A stretch of DNA of 64,000 nt, from the NCBI GenBank assembly GCA_963775225.1, contig CAVZHW010000007.1, positions 1,651 through 65,650 of the forward strand, given 5' to 3'. This document shows, piece by piece, positions 29,780 through 39,107 of the stretch (its first letter is position 1; every line of letters starts with the position of its first letter). The translations under genes and the position numbers were made by a program. The notes below the pieces were generated by a model. It was not told where the DNA came from and did no database searches. It saw only the letters and a list, made by a program, of their open reading frames with translations. The stretch comes from an uncultured Chloroflexia bacterium. Lineage in GTDB: Bacteria > Chloroflexota > Limnocylindria > Limnocylindrales > CSP1-4.

Positions 29780-30121
29780 ATGGACCGCGCGACTCTGGCG
29801 CGCAGTGTCCGTAGCGCCGCAGCTGAGGTCTACGGCGTAACCGTGGTGGCGCCTGCGCGCCGGTTTCAGCGCCTGCTCGGCTGGCTGCGCATTCACCCGA
29901 GCGGCGTCGCGGTCGCCCTCAACGAACACCTGCGCGTGACGCTCGACGTGCGCGTCGCCGCCCATGTGCCCAGTGCGCAGGTGGTGGCCAACGTGAGCGC
30001 GGCCGTTCGCTATCGGGTCCTGCGCGATTTCGGGCGATCGATCGACGAGCTGGTCATCCGCGTTGACGGTAGGCCGGTCGCGGGCACGCCGAGCCGGCCT
30101 CCATCGGACCTGCCCACTTGA
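29780..30121 (+). CDS. Asp23/Gls24 family envelope stress protein
   Basis: 113-aa protein in the conserved rpmB<>asp23-yloV-recG arrangement. GGAGGAGGGG SD. Confidence 0.75.
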   Translation: MDRATLARSVRSAAAEVYGVTVVAPARRFQRLLGWLRIHPSGVAVALNEHLRVTLDVRVAAHVPSAQVVANVSAAVRYRVLRDFGRSIDELVIRVDGRPVAGTPSRPPSDLPT

Positions 30122-31824
30122 GCGCTCCGACGTGGGACGGCGCGGAGCTGCTGGCTGCGCTGCGTCAGGCGACTTCGACGCTGCACGCCGGCGTCGATGA
30201 GGTCAATGCACTGAACGTCTTTCCGGTGCCCGACGGTGACACCGGCTCGAACATGCTGGCCACGATGCAGGCCGCCATCCGCGAGGCCGAGGCGATCGCC
30301 GAAGACGGGCGCACCGTGCCGGCGGTCGCGGCGGCGCTCAGCTTCGGCGCACTGATGGGCGCCCGCGGCAACAGCGGTGTCATCCTGTCGCAGCTCTTCC
30401 GAGGTATCGGTGAGTCGGTCGCCGACGTCGAGCGCATCGGTGGCGCAGAGCTGGCGGCAGCCATCGAGGCGGGCTGTGCGGCCGCCTTCGGCGCTGTCAC
30501 CAAGCCGGTTGAGGGCACCATCCTGACGGTCGCGCGCGCGGCAGCGACGGCGGCCGTCGCGGCGGCCGCAAACGGTGAGTCGCTTGACGCGGTGCTGGCC
30601 GCGGCCACCTCAGCCGCGTCAGACGCCGTCGCCCATACGCCTGAACTGCTGCCCGTTCTGCGGCGGGCCGGGGTCGTCGACGCCGGTGGCCGGGGGCTCG
30701 AGCTGCTGTTTGAAGGGGCCCTGGCGGCGGCGCGCGGCCAGCAGCCGCCGATGGTCGGCCGGTTGCCGCACGACATCCCGCTGCCGCTGTACGAAGCGCT
30801 CGAGGCGGAAGGTTACGGCTACGAGACCGTCTTCCTGCTGACTCCAGCGAACGACCGGCGGGTGAAGATCGACGATGTGCGGCGGCAACTCGCGGGGCTG
30901 GGCGAGTCGGTGCTGGTGGTTGGCGATGATGTGCTGATGAAGGTTCATGTCCACACTGAGCGACCGGACACGGTGCTCGGCTACGGCCTCACGCTGGGAA
31001 CGCTCACGTGCATCAGCGTCGAGAACCTGGACCGCCAGGCGGGCGACGTCCGGCAGCGCGCGCCGGCCACGAAGGGTCATGTGGGCATGGCGGCGGCCGC
31101 TGGTGGCGTGGCCGCGGCCGATGAGCCGACGCCCAGCGAACCCGACGCTGCGCAGCCGGCCGCCGCAGATGCCGGCCGGCTGCAGGTAGTCAGCGTTGCC
31201 GCCGGCGACGGACTGGCGCGCCTGTTCACCACGCTCGGGGCCGGTGCCGTGATCGATGGCGGCAACCCCTCGGCCGGCGAGTTGGCACAAGCGATCAGTC
31301 GCCTGGCGGCGGCGCAGGTCATCGTGCTGCCCAACAACCCGAACGTGCGCCTGGCAGCGCGCCAGGCCGGCCAGCTTTCACGCAAAGTCCGTGTCGAGGT
31401 GGTGCCCACGCGGAACCCCGCCGAAGGGGTGGCGGCAATGCTCGCCCTTGACCCGTCGCTGTCGCTGCGTGATGCGGCGCGGCGAATGTCCCAGGCGGCA
31501 CGGCGCGTGCAGACCTTTCAGGTCACCGTGGCGGTGCGCGACGCGCGGATCGGGCGTCACCGCGTGCGCCACGGTGAGTACATCGCGCTCGGTCCCAACG
31601 ACGGCCTGCTGGCCGGTGACCGGGACCGCACGACGGCGATTCGGGGGGCGCTGCGCAAGCTCAAGCCGGGCTACGAGCTGCTCACCATCTATGCCGGGCG
31701 GGACGTGGATCGCGCGGCCGCCGACGAGTTGCGCGCGAACTTGGCCGACGAGCTGGATGGCGTCGAGATCGAGCTCGTCGAGGGTGGCCAGCCGCATTAC
31801 GACTTCCTGTTCGCGGCCGAGTAA
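30118..31824 (+). CDS. yloV: DAK2 domain fusion protein YloV
   Basis: DhaL motif FPVPDGDTGSNM followed by the YloV C-terminal domain. Confidence 0.85.
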   Translation: MSAPTWDGAELLAALRQATSTLHAGVDEVNALNVFPVPDGDTGSNMLATMQAAIREAEAIAEDGRTVPAVAAALSFGALMGARGNSGVILSQLFRGIGESVADVERIGGAELAAAIEAGCAAAFGAVTKPVEGTILTVARAAATAAVAAAANGESLDAVLAAATSAASDAVAHTPELLPVLRRAGVVDAGGRGLELLFEGALAAARGQQPPMVGRLPHDIPLPLYEALEAEGYGYETVFLLTPANDRRVKIDDVRRQLAGLGESVLVVGDDVLMKVHVHTERPDTVLGYGLTLGTLTCISVENLDRQAGDVRQRAPATKGHVGMAAAAGGVAAADEPTPSEPDAAQPAAADAGRLQVVSVAAGDGLARLFTTLGAGAVIDGGNPSAGELAQAISRLAAAQVIVLPNNPNVRLAARQAGQLSRKVRVEVVPTRNPAEGVAAMLALDPSLSLRDAARRMSQAARRVQTFQVTVAVRDARIGRHRVRHGEYIALGPNDGLLAGDRDRTTAIRGALRKLKPGYELLTIYAGRDVDRAAADELRANLADELDGVEIELVEGGQPHYDFLFAAE

Positions 31825-34133
31825 TGGCGGCGGGCACGCCATCGCCGACCGTCAACGCGGAGCTGCTCGACGCGGGACTGCGGCAGGCGGGGCTCGCACC
31901 GGCGGGCGCGGCGCACCGCCTGGAACGTCTCGGGCTGCACACCGTGCGCGACCTGCTCTTCGACCTGCCGCGTACCTACCACGACTTCAGCCATTTCCTG
32001 ACTCTGCGCGAGCTGCGCGAACGGCCGCCTGAGGGACCGGCAAGCGCCAACGTCGAGATCCTCGACCTGCGCGTCGAGCAGGGGTTTCGGCGGCGCGTCC
32101 AGCGCACCGTCGCGCGGCTGCGCGACGACACCGGCGAGGGCGAGGCGATCTGGTTCGGGCGCCGTTTCATCGAGCGCCGCCTCGCCGCCGGGCAGGTGGT
32201 GGCGCTCTCGGGCAAGGTCGAGCTGCGCGGCTGGCTGCCGCGTTTCCAGAACCCCGAGTTCGGCCCGCCCGGCGGCGAGGCCCTGCACGCTGGTCGGATC
32301 GTGCCCGTCTATCGGCTGACGGCGGGCGTAACCGAGGCGTACCTGCGCGCCAGGATCCGGGCGGCGCTCGATCTCGCCCTGCCGGCGCTCGATGAGTACC
32401 TGCCGGACACGCTCCGCGAACGAGCCGTGGCGGACCTGGTGGGCATCGCCGACGCCGTCGAATGGGTCCACTTTCCGCCCGACTTCGGACTTCGCGACCG
32501 AGCGCTGACGCGCCTGGCGTTCGACGAGCTGCTGGCGCTGCAGTTGGGCATGATCGCGCGCCGCCGCCAGCGCGTCGCCGAACACGCGGCGCCTATCACT
32601 GTGGATGACACTCGCTGCACGAGTGCGATCGCAGCGGTGGAAGAGGTCATCGGCCGCCAGGTCGCGGCCCGCCGGCGGCGCGCGGGCGACGCTGACGCGG
32701 CGGTCGATGTTCGGCTGACCGATGACCAGCGTGCCGCGCTCGACGCGGTCCGCATCGACCTGGCCCGCGACCAGCCCATGATGCGCTTGCTGCAGGGCGA
32801 CGTCGGCTCGGGGAAGACCGCAGTCGCGGCGCTGGCGCTGGCATTCGTAGCGGACGCCAGCGGGCAGGGTGCGCTGCTGGCGCCGACCGACTTGCTGGCG
32901 CGCCAGCATGCCGCGACGCTGGGCGGCCTGCTCGAGCCGCTCGGCCATGATGTGACGCTGCTGACCGGGTCGTTGTCGCCCGCGCAGCGCCGCGCGGCGC
33001 TCGAAGTGCTCGCGGCGCCACCGGCCAGCACGGTCGATGGCCGTTCACGAGGCCACGTGGTGGTGGGCACCCATGCGCTCGTCCAGGAGTCGGTTGAGTT
33101 CGCCGACCTGCGCCTGGTGGTGGTCGATGAGCAGCATCGCTTCGGTGTCGCCGAGCGCGAGGCACTGGCGAGCAAGGGCCGCGCCCCGCACGTGCTGCTG
33201 ATGACGGCCACGCCGATTCCGCGGACCCTCGGTCAGATCGTCCACGCCGACCTCGACGTGTCCGATCTGCGCACGCCGCCGGCCGGCCGGCAGGAGATCA
33301 GGACCGGCGTGCGCTCGACCGACGAGCTGGTGCGCCGGGCCGACGGCGGCCCTGGTGCGCTGGCGCTGATTGCGCGCGAGGTGGCGGCGGGGCACCGGGC
33401 GTTCGTTGTCGTCCCGCTGGTGGAGGACGAGCCCGAGTCGGACGTTCGCTCGGTCGAGGCCGGGGCCGAGCTGGTGATCCGCGAGTGGGACGCGGCGGCC
33501 GCGCTGGCGGGAGTTTCCCTGCCGCCCCCGCGCGTCGACATCGTGCACGGCCAGATGAAGGCTGCCGAGCGTGATGAGCGCATGGCGCGCTTCCGCACCG
33601 GCGAGACGCAGGTAGTCGTGGGCACGACGGTGCTCGAAGTGGGCGTTGATGTGCCCGAGGCGACGGTCATGCTCATTCTCGACGCCGATCGTTTCGGTCT
33701 TGCCCAGCTCCACCAGCTGCGTGGCCGCGTGGGCCGCGGCGAGGCGGCCTCGTACTGCATCCTGGTCAGCGAGCGCTACCCGCGCGACGACCGCGAGCCG
33801 TCGGGCGACGAGGAAACGGTCGTCAAGGCGCGCCTCGATGCCCTGGTCGGCACCAGCGACGGCTTCGCCCTCGCGGAGCTTGATCTCGAGCAACGTCGCG
33901 AGGGTGAGCTGCTGGGCCTCAACCAGAGCGGGCTGCCGCCCCTGCGGGTGGCCAGCCTGACGCGCCCGGAGCATCGCCGCCTGTCAGTCGCGGCACGGTC
34001 GCTCGCCGAGGAGTTGCTCGACGAGGGCGGGCACCTCGCGCCGCAGTACGCCGCCCTCGAGCACGAGGTCACGATCGGTTGGCTTGCCCGCGTGGGTGCC
34101 GGTGACGTGGTTGCCACCGATGCCGAAACATGA
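31824..34133 (+). CDS. recG: ATP-dependent DNA helicase RecG
   Basis: GDVGSGKT, VVDEQHRFG and the C-terminal helicase motif QLHQLRGRVGRG. Confidence 0.95.
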   Translation: MAAGTPSPTVNAELLDAGLRQAGLAPAGAAHRLERLGLHTVRDLLFDLPRTYHDFSHFLTLRELRERPPEGPASANVEILDLRVEQGFRRRVQRTVARLRDDTGEGEAIWFGRRFIERRLAAGQVVALSGKVELRGWLPRFQNPEFGPPGGEALHAGRIVPVYRLTAGVTEAYLRARIRAALDLALPALDEYLPDTLRERAVADLVGIADAVEWVHFPPDFGLRDRALTRLAFDELLALQLGMIARRRQRVAEHAAPITVDDTRCTSAIAAVEEVIGRQVAARRRRAGDADAAVDVRLTDDQRAALDAVRIDLARDQPMMRLLQGDVGSGKTAVAALALAFVADASGQGALLAPTDLLARQHAATLGGLLEPLGHDVTLLTGSLSPAQRRAALEVLAAPPASTVDGRSRGHVVVGTHALVQESVEFADLRLVVVDEQHRFGVAEREALASKGRAPHVLLMTATPIPRTLGQIVHADLDVSDLRTPPAGRQEIRTGVRSTDELVRRADGGPGALALIAREVAAGHRAFVVVPLVEDEPESDVRSVEAGAELVIREWDAAAALAGVSLPPPRVDIVHGQMKAAERDERMARFRTGETQVVVGTTVLEVGVDVPEATVMLILDADRFGLAQLHQLRGRVGRGEAASYCILVSERYPRDDREPSGDEETVVKARLDALVGTSDGFALAELDLEQRREGELLGLNQSGLPPLRVASLTRPEHRRLSVAARSLAEELLDEGGHLAPQYAALEHEVTIGWLARVGAGDVVATDAET

Positions 34134-34704
34134 GGCCGGCCGGGTGATCGCCGGGACTGCCGGCGGCTTCCGGCTCGCAGCGCCGGCGGCCGGAACGCGG
34201 CCGCTGACCGACCGTGTCAAGCAGGCGCTGTTCGGCTCGCTCGAGACCGGCGACGCGCTGAGCGGGCCGTTCCTCGACCTGTTCGCCGGCAGCGGCGCGG
34301 CCGGCATCGAGGCGCTCAGTCGCGGTGCTCCGGGCGCGACTTTCGTCGAGCACAGCGCGCGCGCATGCGACCTGATCAGGCGGAACCTCGGGGGCAGTGG
34401 CCTCACCCGGGGCGCGGTGGTGTGCGCCGACGCGCTCACTTACCTGCGCGCCGGCCGACCGGCCGGCGCGCCGCCCTATCGCTGCTGCCTGGCCGACCCG
34501 CCCTACGACGTGGCGCTGCTCGAACCGGCCCTGGCGCTGCTTGGCGACCGTTCGCTCGCCTGGCTGGCCGAAGACGCGCTGGTCGTCGGCAAGCATTTCT
34601 GGCGCGCGAGCCCACCGCCACTCGTCGGGGACCTTAAGCTAGCTCGCCAGCGGCGGTTCGGCGAGACCATGCTCAGTTACTACGCGTGGCAGGAGGGCAC
34701 ATGA
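34120..34704 (+). CDS. rsmD: 16S rRNA (guanine966-N2)-methyltransferase
   Basis: RVIAGTAGG, LDLFAGSGAAGIEALSRGA and LADPPY motifs. Confidence 0.9.
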   Translation: MPKHEAGRVIAGTAGGFRLAAPAAGTRPLTDRVKQALFGSLETGDALSGPFLDLFAGSGAAGIEALSRGAPGATFVEHSARACDLIRRNLGGSGLTRGAVVCADALTYLRAGRPAGAPPYRCCLADPPYDVALLEPALALLGDRSLAWLAEDALVVGKHFWRASPPPLVGDLKLARQRRFGETMLSYYAWQEGT

Positions 34705-35183
34705 CGACAGCGGTCTATCCGGGCTCGTTCGACCCCATCACCTTCGGCCACATCGACGTGATCGGGCGCGCCGCCGGCGTTTTCGACCGGCTCGTGGTCG
34801 GCGTGCTGGTCAACCCACGCAAGTCGCCGCTGTTCGCGCTCGATGAACGCATCGCCGCCATCCGCGAGGCGATCGCCGATGAGCTCGGCCCAGCCGCGGG
34901 GCGCGTCGATGTGGAGAGCTTCGACGGGCTGACGGTCGACTTCGCGCAGCGTCGGCAGGCGCAGTTCATCGTGCGTGGCCTGCGTGCGGTGAGCGACTTC
35001 GAGAGCGAACTGCAGATGGCACACACCAACCGCAAGCTGGCACCTGACGTGGACACCGTGTTCTTCATGACCGCCCTCGAGTACGCCTACCTGAGTTCGA
35101 GTCTGGTCAAGGAGATCGCCGGCTTCGGCGGGGATATCAGCGGCATGGTGCCCGCCGCTGCCGCCCGCCGCCTGCACGCCTAG
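34701..35183 (+). CDS. coaD: pantetheine-phosphate adenylyltransferase
   Basis: YPGSFDPITFGH motif. ATGA overlap with rsmD. Confidence 0.95.
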   Translation: MTTAVYPGSFDPITFGHIDVIGRAAGVFDRLVVGVLVNPRKSPLFALDERIAAIREAIADELGPAAGRVDVESFDGLTVDFAQRRQAQFIVRGLRAVSDFESELQMAHTNRKLAPDVDTVFFMTALEYAYLSSSLVKEIAGFGGDISGMVPAAAARRLHA

Positions 35184-35243
35184 GCCCTACAATGGGCCGT
35201 TGACGGCGCACGCCCCAGCACAGCAGGCCGCGGCGCAGCGCGC

Positions 35244-35804
35244 ATGGAGGCGACTCCCATCGACATCATCTTTCTCATCGAACAATTGGAGCGAGTGATC
35301 GCCAGCGGCCGCAACATGCCCCTGACGAGCAACGTGATCATCGACCAGGCACGGGCGCTCGACCTGCTCGATCAGCTGCGCGCGGCGGTGCCCGAAGAGG
35401 TACGTGCGGCGAAGCGGATCAACGAGGAGACCGACCGCATCGTCGAGCACGCCCAGGAGGAGGCTGAGCGCATCCTCGCGCGGGCGCAGGAGCAGGCAGC
35501 CTTCCTGATCGAGGAACGCGAGCTGACCAGGGCGGCCGAGATCAGGTCGCAGGAGATCATCGCCGACGGCCAGCGCGAGGCCGACGAGATCCGGCGCGGC
35601 GCTGACGAGTACGCCCAGAGCGTGCTGGTCCAACTGGAAGGCGAATGCGTGCGCGCCCTGCAGAGCATCAAGCGCGGCCTGGCGCTGCTCGACGAGCGCA
35701 GTGTTGCCGACGAGGAATACCCGCCCGATGCGGCCCAGGCGCCGCTGAACGGTGACATGAGGCCGGCACCCAGGCAGCGTGAGACGAGCGGTGCTCAGTT
35801 ATAA
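35244..35804 (+). CDS. hypothetical coiled-coil protein (ATP-synthase-b/E-like heptad region)
   Basis: Charged E/R/A-rich helical sequence (EEAERILARAQEQAAFLIEERELTRAAEIRSQEIIADGQREADEIRRGADEYA). TACAAT at 35188-35193 lies upstream. No catalytic motif. Confidence 0.5.
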   Translation: MEATPIDIIFLIEQLERVIASGRNMPLTSNVIIDQARALDLLDQLRAAVPEEVRAAKRINEETDRIVEHAQEEAERILARAQEQAAFLIEERELTRAAEIRSQEIIADGQREADEIRRGADEYAQSVLVQLEGECVRALQSIKRGLALLDERSVADEEYPPDAAQAPLNGDMRPAPRQRETSGAQL

Positions 35805-36330
35805 CGTCGCGGGGCTGCTACGCGCTGCACCCGGCACCGAGCGGCGATATCCGGTCGACGACATCCGGCTCGATATCGCGCCCGACGTTGCCCTGGCCAG
35901 GCCGATCGCCGGCGAAGTGCGCCTGTCGCACACCGGCCGCAGCATTCTGGCGCGCGCTCATCTGACGACGGCGATCGAGGGCTACTGCAGCCGCTGCCTC
36001 ACTGCGGTCGCCTCGCCGATCGCGGTCGACATCGAGGAGGAAGCGCTGCCGTTGATCGACATCGACACCGGGTTGCCGGTAGATGCAGCCACCGAACCGG
36101 ACGCGCTGCGCCTCGACGATCACCACGAGCTGGACCTTGACGAGCCGGTGCGCGAGGCAATCTCGCTGGCCGAGCCCATCGCCCAGCTATGCCGACCGGA
36201 CTGCCGGGGTCTGTGCCCCGAGTGCGGCATCGATCTGAACACTGTCACCGATCACATCCATCGCGAAGAGGTGATTGACCCGCGTCTGGCCTCATTGGCC
36301 GAGTGGCGTGAGCGTCAGGGGCCGTACTAG
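35779..36330 (+). CDS. yceD: YceD/DUF177 ribosome-assembly-associated protein
   Basis: CSRCL ... CRPDCRGLCPECG cysteine pairs. Sits directly upstream of rpmF. Confidence 0.8.
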   Translation: MRRAVLSYNVAGLLRAAPGTERRYPVDDIRLDIAPDVALARPIAGEVRLSHTGRSILARAHLTTAIEGYCSRCLTAVASPIAVDIEEEALPLIDIDTGLPVDAATEPDALRLDDHHELDLDEPVREAISLAEPIAQLCRPDCRGLCPECGIDLNTVTDHIHREEVIDPRLASLAEWRERQGPY

Positions 36331-36377
36331 CGGGACGCATCCCGCATCCACAACCCACCTGAACGGGAGAAGCAGCA

Positions 36378-36587
36378 ATGGGAGTACCCAAGCGGCGCGT
36401 GTCGCACGCGCGCCAGGGCGAGCGTCGCTCGCATCACGCGCTGAGCCTGCCGCAGCTCGAGGAGTGTCCGCACTGCCACGAGCAAAAGCGGCCGCACCAC
36501 GCCTGCCAGAACTGCGGCTGGTACGCCGGTCGTGAGGCGGTGCGCATCAAGCAGCGCACCAAGAACGAGGGCACGGCGCCCGCCTGA
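36378..36587 (+). CDS. rpmF: 50S ribosomal protein L32
   Basis: [19 protein letters not shown] and CPHC..CQNCG motifs. Confidence 0.9.
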   Translation: MGVPKRRVSHARQGERRSHHALSLPQLEECPHCHEQKRPHHACQNCGWYAGREAVRIKQRTKNEGTAPA

Positions 36588-36599
36588 TCGGGCCACGCA

Positions 36600-37628
36600 A
36601 TGGATCTTGACGTCCTGCGCGCCGGCGCGGAGTCATCGAGCGAGCAGATCCGGGTGGCGGTCGATGCCATGGGCGGCGATCACGCGCCGCAGGAGATCGT
36701 TATCGGCACGCTCGAATGGGCGCGCTCGCATCCTGACACGCAGTTGCTGCTGGTCGGCGCCGACCAGGAGATCCAGCCGCACCTTGACGGGCCGCTGCCG
36801 GCGAACGTGAGCCTCGTCCAGGCGAGCGAGTCCGTGGCCATGGACGAGCATCCCGCCACCGCGGTGCGGCGCAAGCGCGACGCGAGCATCAACGTGTGCA
36901 TGCGCCTGGTCAAGGAGGGCCGTGCCGACGCGGTGGTCACTGCCGGGCACACCGGCGCCGGCGTTGCCGCGTCGATCCTCAACCTGGGCCGGTTGCGCGG
37001 CGTCGACCGCCCTGCGCTCGCGGTGCAGCTGGTCACCGATCGTGGACCGATGGTCCTGCTCGACATCGGCGCGACGACCGATTCGACGGGCCAGAACCTC
37101 TATCAGTACGCGCACATGGGCGCCATATTCGCCGAGCGCGTGCTGGGCCTGGCCAGCCCGTCGGTCGCATTGCTGTCGATCGGCGAGGAGGGTGGCAAGG
37201 GTGAACAGCGCGTACAGGATGCGACCGAGCTGCTGACCGCCAGCAGCCTGCGTTTCCTGGGTAACGCCGAGGGCAAGGACCTGCCCCATCACCCGGCCGA
37301 CGTGGTTGTCTGCGACGCGTCGGTCGGCAACGTGACGATCAAGTTCTTCGAAGGCCTCTCGAGCTTCATCTTCGACAGCCTGCGCGGCGAGTTCAAGCGC
37401 TGGCCGTGGGGGCCGATCGGCTACCTGTTCATGCGCCCGGGCATCAACCGCATTCGGCGTCGCTTTGACTACGAGCGCCTCGGCGGGGCACCGCTGCTGG
37501 GTGTCCGGGGCACGGTGCTGATCACCCACGGCCGTGCCCGCCGGCGCATGATCGGCTTCGCCGTGGAGGTGGGTGCCGCTGCCGCCCGCGCGCACATTCC
37601 CGAGCGGATCGCCGATGCCCTCGCATGA
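36600..37628 (+). CDS. plsX: phosphate acyltransferase PlsX
   Basis: VAVDAMGGDHAP and VTAGHTGA motifs. Confidence 0.9.
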   Translation: MDLDVLRAGAESSSEQIRVAVDAMGGDHAPQEIVIGTLEWARSHPDTQLLLVGADQEIQPHLDGPLPANVSLVQASESVAMDEHPATAVRRKRDASINVCMRLVKEGRADAVVTAGHTGAGVAASILNLGRLRGVDRPALAVQLVTDRGPMVLLDIGATTDSTGQNLYQYAHMGAIFAERVLGLASPSVALLSIGEEGGKGEQRVQDATELLTASSLRFLGNAEGKDLPHHPADVVVCDASVGNVTIKFFEGLSSFIFDSLRGEFKRWPWGPIGYLFMRPGINRIRRRFDYERLGGAPLLGVRGTVLITHGRARRRMIGFAVEVGAAAARAHIPERIADALA

Positions 37629-38121
37629 AGGGCAGCGCGAAGGCCGCCGCCTGGCATTGGGCGCCCTCTTCGAGGCGGACTTCGGCCAGAACACCGCGGC
37701 GCGCATCCTCGAGCGCCGGCTGACCGAGGAGGGCGCCGGCCCGGGCGCAGCCGATCTGGCGCGCGAGATAGTCAACGCGGTGGTCGCCCAGCGCGACGTC
37801 ATCGACGCCCGCATCGAGGCCACCGCGCCACGCTATCCGGTGGTCGCCCTGGCGCGCATCGACCGTGCTTTGTTGCGTTCGGCGATGGCCGAACTGCTAC
37901 ACTCCCGCACGACTCCGGCCCGGGTCGCCATTGCCGAGTGGGTGGAATTGGCACGTACGTACAGCGGCGAGCCTGCTCGCCGGCTGATGAATGGCGTGCT
38001 CGGGCGAGTCGCCAGAGAGGCGGCGGACCGTGGGCGGGAGATCGGAGCCTTCGGCAACAGCAGCGAGGGCGGAGAAGACCGCCGCACAGGAGGGAGCATC
38101 GGTGACAGCTTCGACGTATGA
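37615..38121 (+). CDS. nusB: transcription antitermination factor NusB
   Basis: [16 protein letters not shown] and [16 protein letters not shown] motifs. Confidence 0.8.
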   Translation: MPSHEGQREGRRLALGALFEADFGQNTAARILERRLTEEGAGPGAADLAREIVNAVVAQRDVIDARIEATAPRYPVVALARIDRALLRSAMAELLHSRTTPARVAIAEWVELARTYSGEPARRLMNGVLGRVAREAADRGREIGAFGNSSEGGEDRRTGGSIGDSFDV

Positions 38122-38344
38122 GCGATTGAAGAAGATCGTGGTTGAGCAACTCGGCGTCGACGAGGACCAGGTGACGCCGGAGGCCTCGTTCGTTGACGAT
38201 CTCAATGCCGACTCGCTCGACCTCGTCGAGTTGATCATGAGTCTCGAGGAAGAGTTCGGGGCGGAGATCTCGGACGAGGACGCCGAGAAGATTCGTACCG
38301 TGCAGGACGCCGTCGACTACGTCGAGGAGCACTCGAACCAGTAG
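38102..38344 (+). CDS. acpP: acyl carrier protein
   Basis: [20 protein letters not shown] (DSLD Ser). GTG start preceded by AGGAGGGAG. Confidence 0.9.
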   Translation: MTASTYERLKKIVVEQLGVDEDQVTPEASFVDDLNADSLDLVELIMSLEEEFGAEISDEDAEKIRTVQDAVDYVEEHSNQ

Positions 38345-38363
38345 TCGCGAGCCAGCCCGCCCG

Positions 38364-39107
38364 ATGACGCCGGCAGCCGCGCTGGCCGATCGTCTCGGGC
38401 TCGTCTTCGACGACCTGGCACTACTCGGCGAGGCGCTCGTCCACAGCAGCTATCTGCACGAGCGGCCGGCGATCGGCCAGTCGAACCAGCGTCTCGAGTT
38501 CCTGGGTGACGCGGTCATCTCGCTGATCGTGTCGGAAGAACTGTGGCGCCGCCATCCCAAGGAGGATGAGGGCTCACTCACCACGCGCCGTGCCGCAGTC
38601 GTCTCGGCGCGTGGACTGGCGCGCATCGCCCAGCGTCTCGATCTGGGTGCCTACCTGCTGCTCGGCCAGGGCGCCGACGCCGCCGGCGAGCGCGCGCGCA
38701 AGTCGGTGCTGGCGGCAACCTTCGAAGCGGTGATGGGCGCGATCTACCTCGAATTCGGCTACGCGCGAGCCCGCGACTGGCTGTTGGTCGTGGCCGAGCA
38801 GGAGCTCGCCCAGCGGCCCGACCCGGAGACCCTCAAGCCGGCCAAGAGCGTTCTCCAGGAAACCAGTTACGCACGCACCGGCCACGCGCCGGTGTACCGG
38901 TTGCTGAGCGAGGACGGACCGGCACATGCGCGTCATTACACGGTCGAGGTGCTCGTCGGTGGCCAATCGCTCGGGCGTGGCGCAGGGCGCAACCGGCGCG
39001 AGGCCGAGACTGAGGCGGCGGTCGCGGCGATCGCCGAGCTCGAGCGGCGACGTGAGCTGGCGTCCGCCGCCGAGCAGTCGCAAGCGGTGAAGCCGGCTGA
39101 TGAGTAA
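38364..39107 (+). CDS. rnc: ribonuclease III
   Basis: NQRLEFLGDAV signature and a C-terminal dsRBD. Confidence 0.9.
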   Translation: MTPAAALADRLGLVFDDLALLGEALVHSSYLHERPAIGQSNQRLEFLGDAVISLIVSEELWRRHPKEDEGSLTTRRAAVVSARGLARIAQRLDLGAYLLLGQGADAAGERARKSVLAATFEAVMGAIYLEFGYARARDWLLVVAEQELAQRPDPETLKPAKSVLQETSYARTGHAPVYRLLSEDGPAHARHYTVEVLVGGQSLGRGAGRNRREAETEAAVAAIAELERRRELASAAEQSQAVKPADE

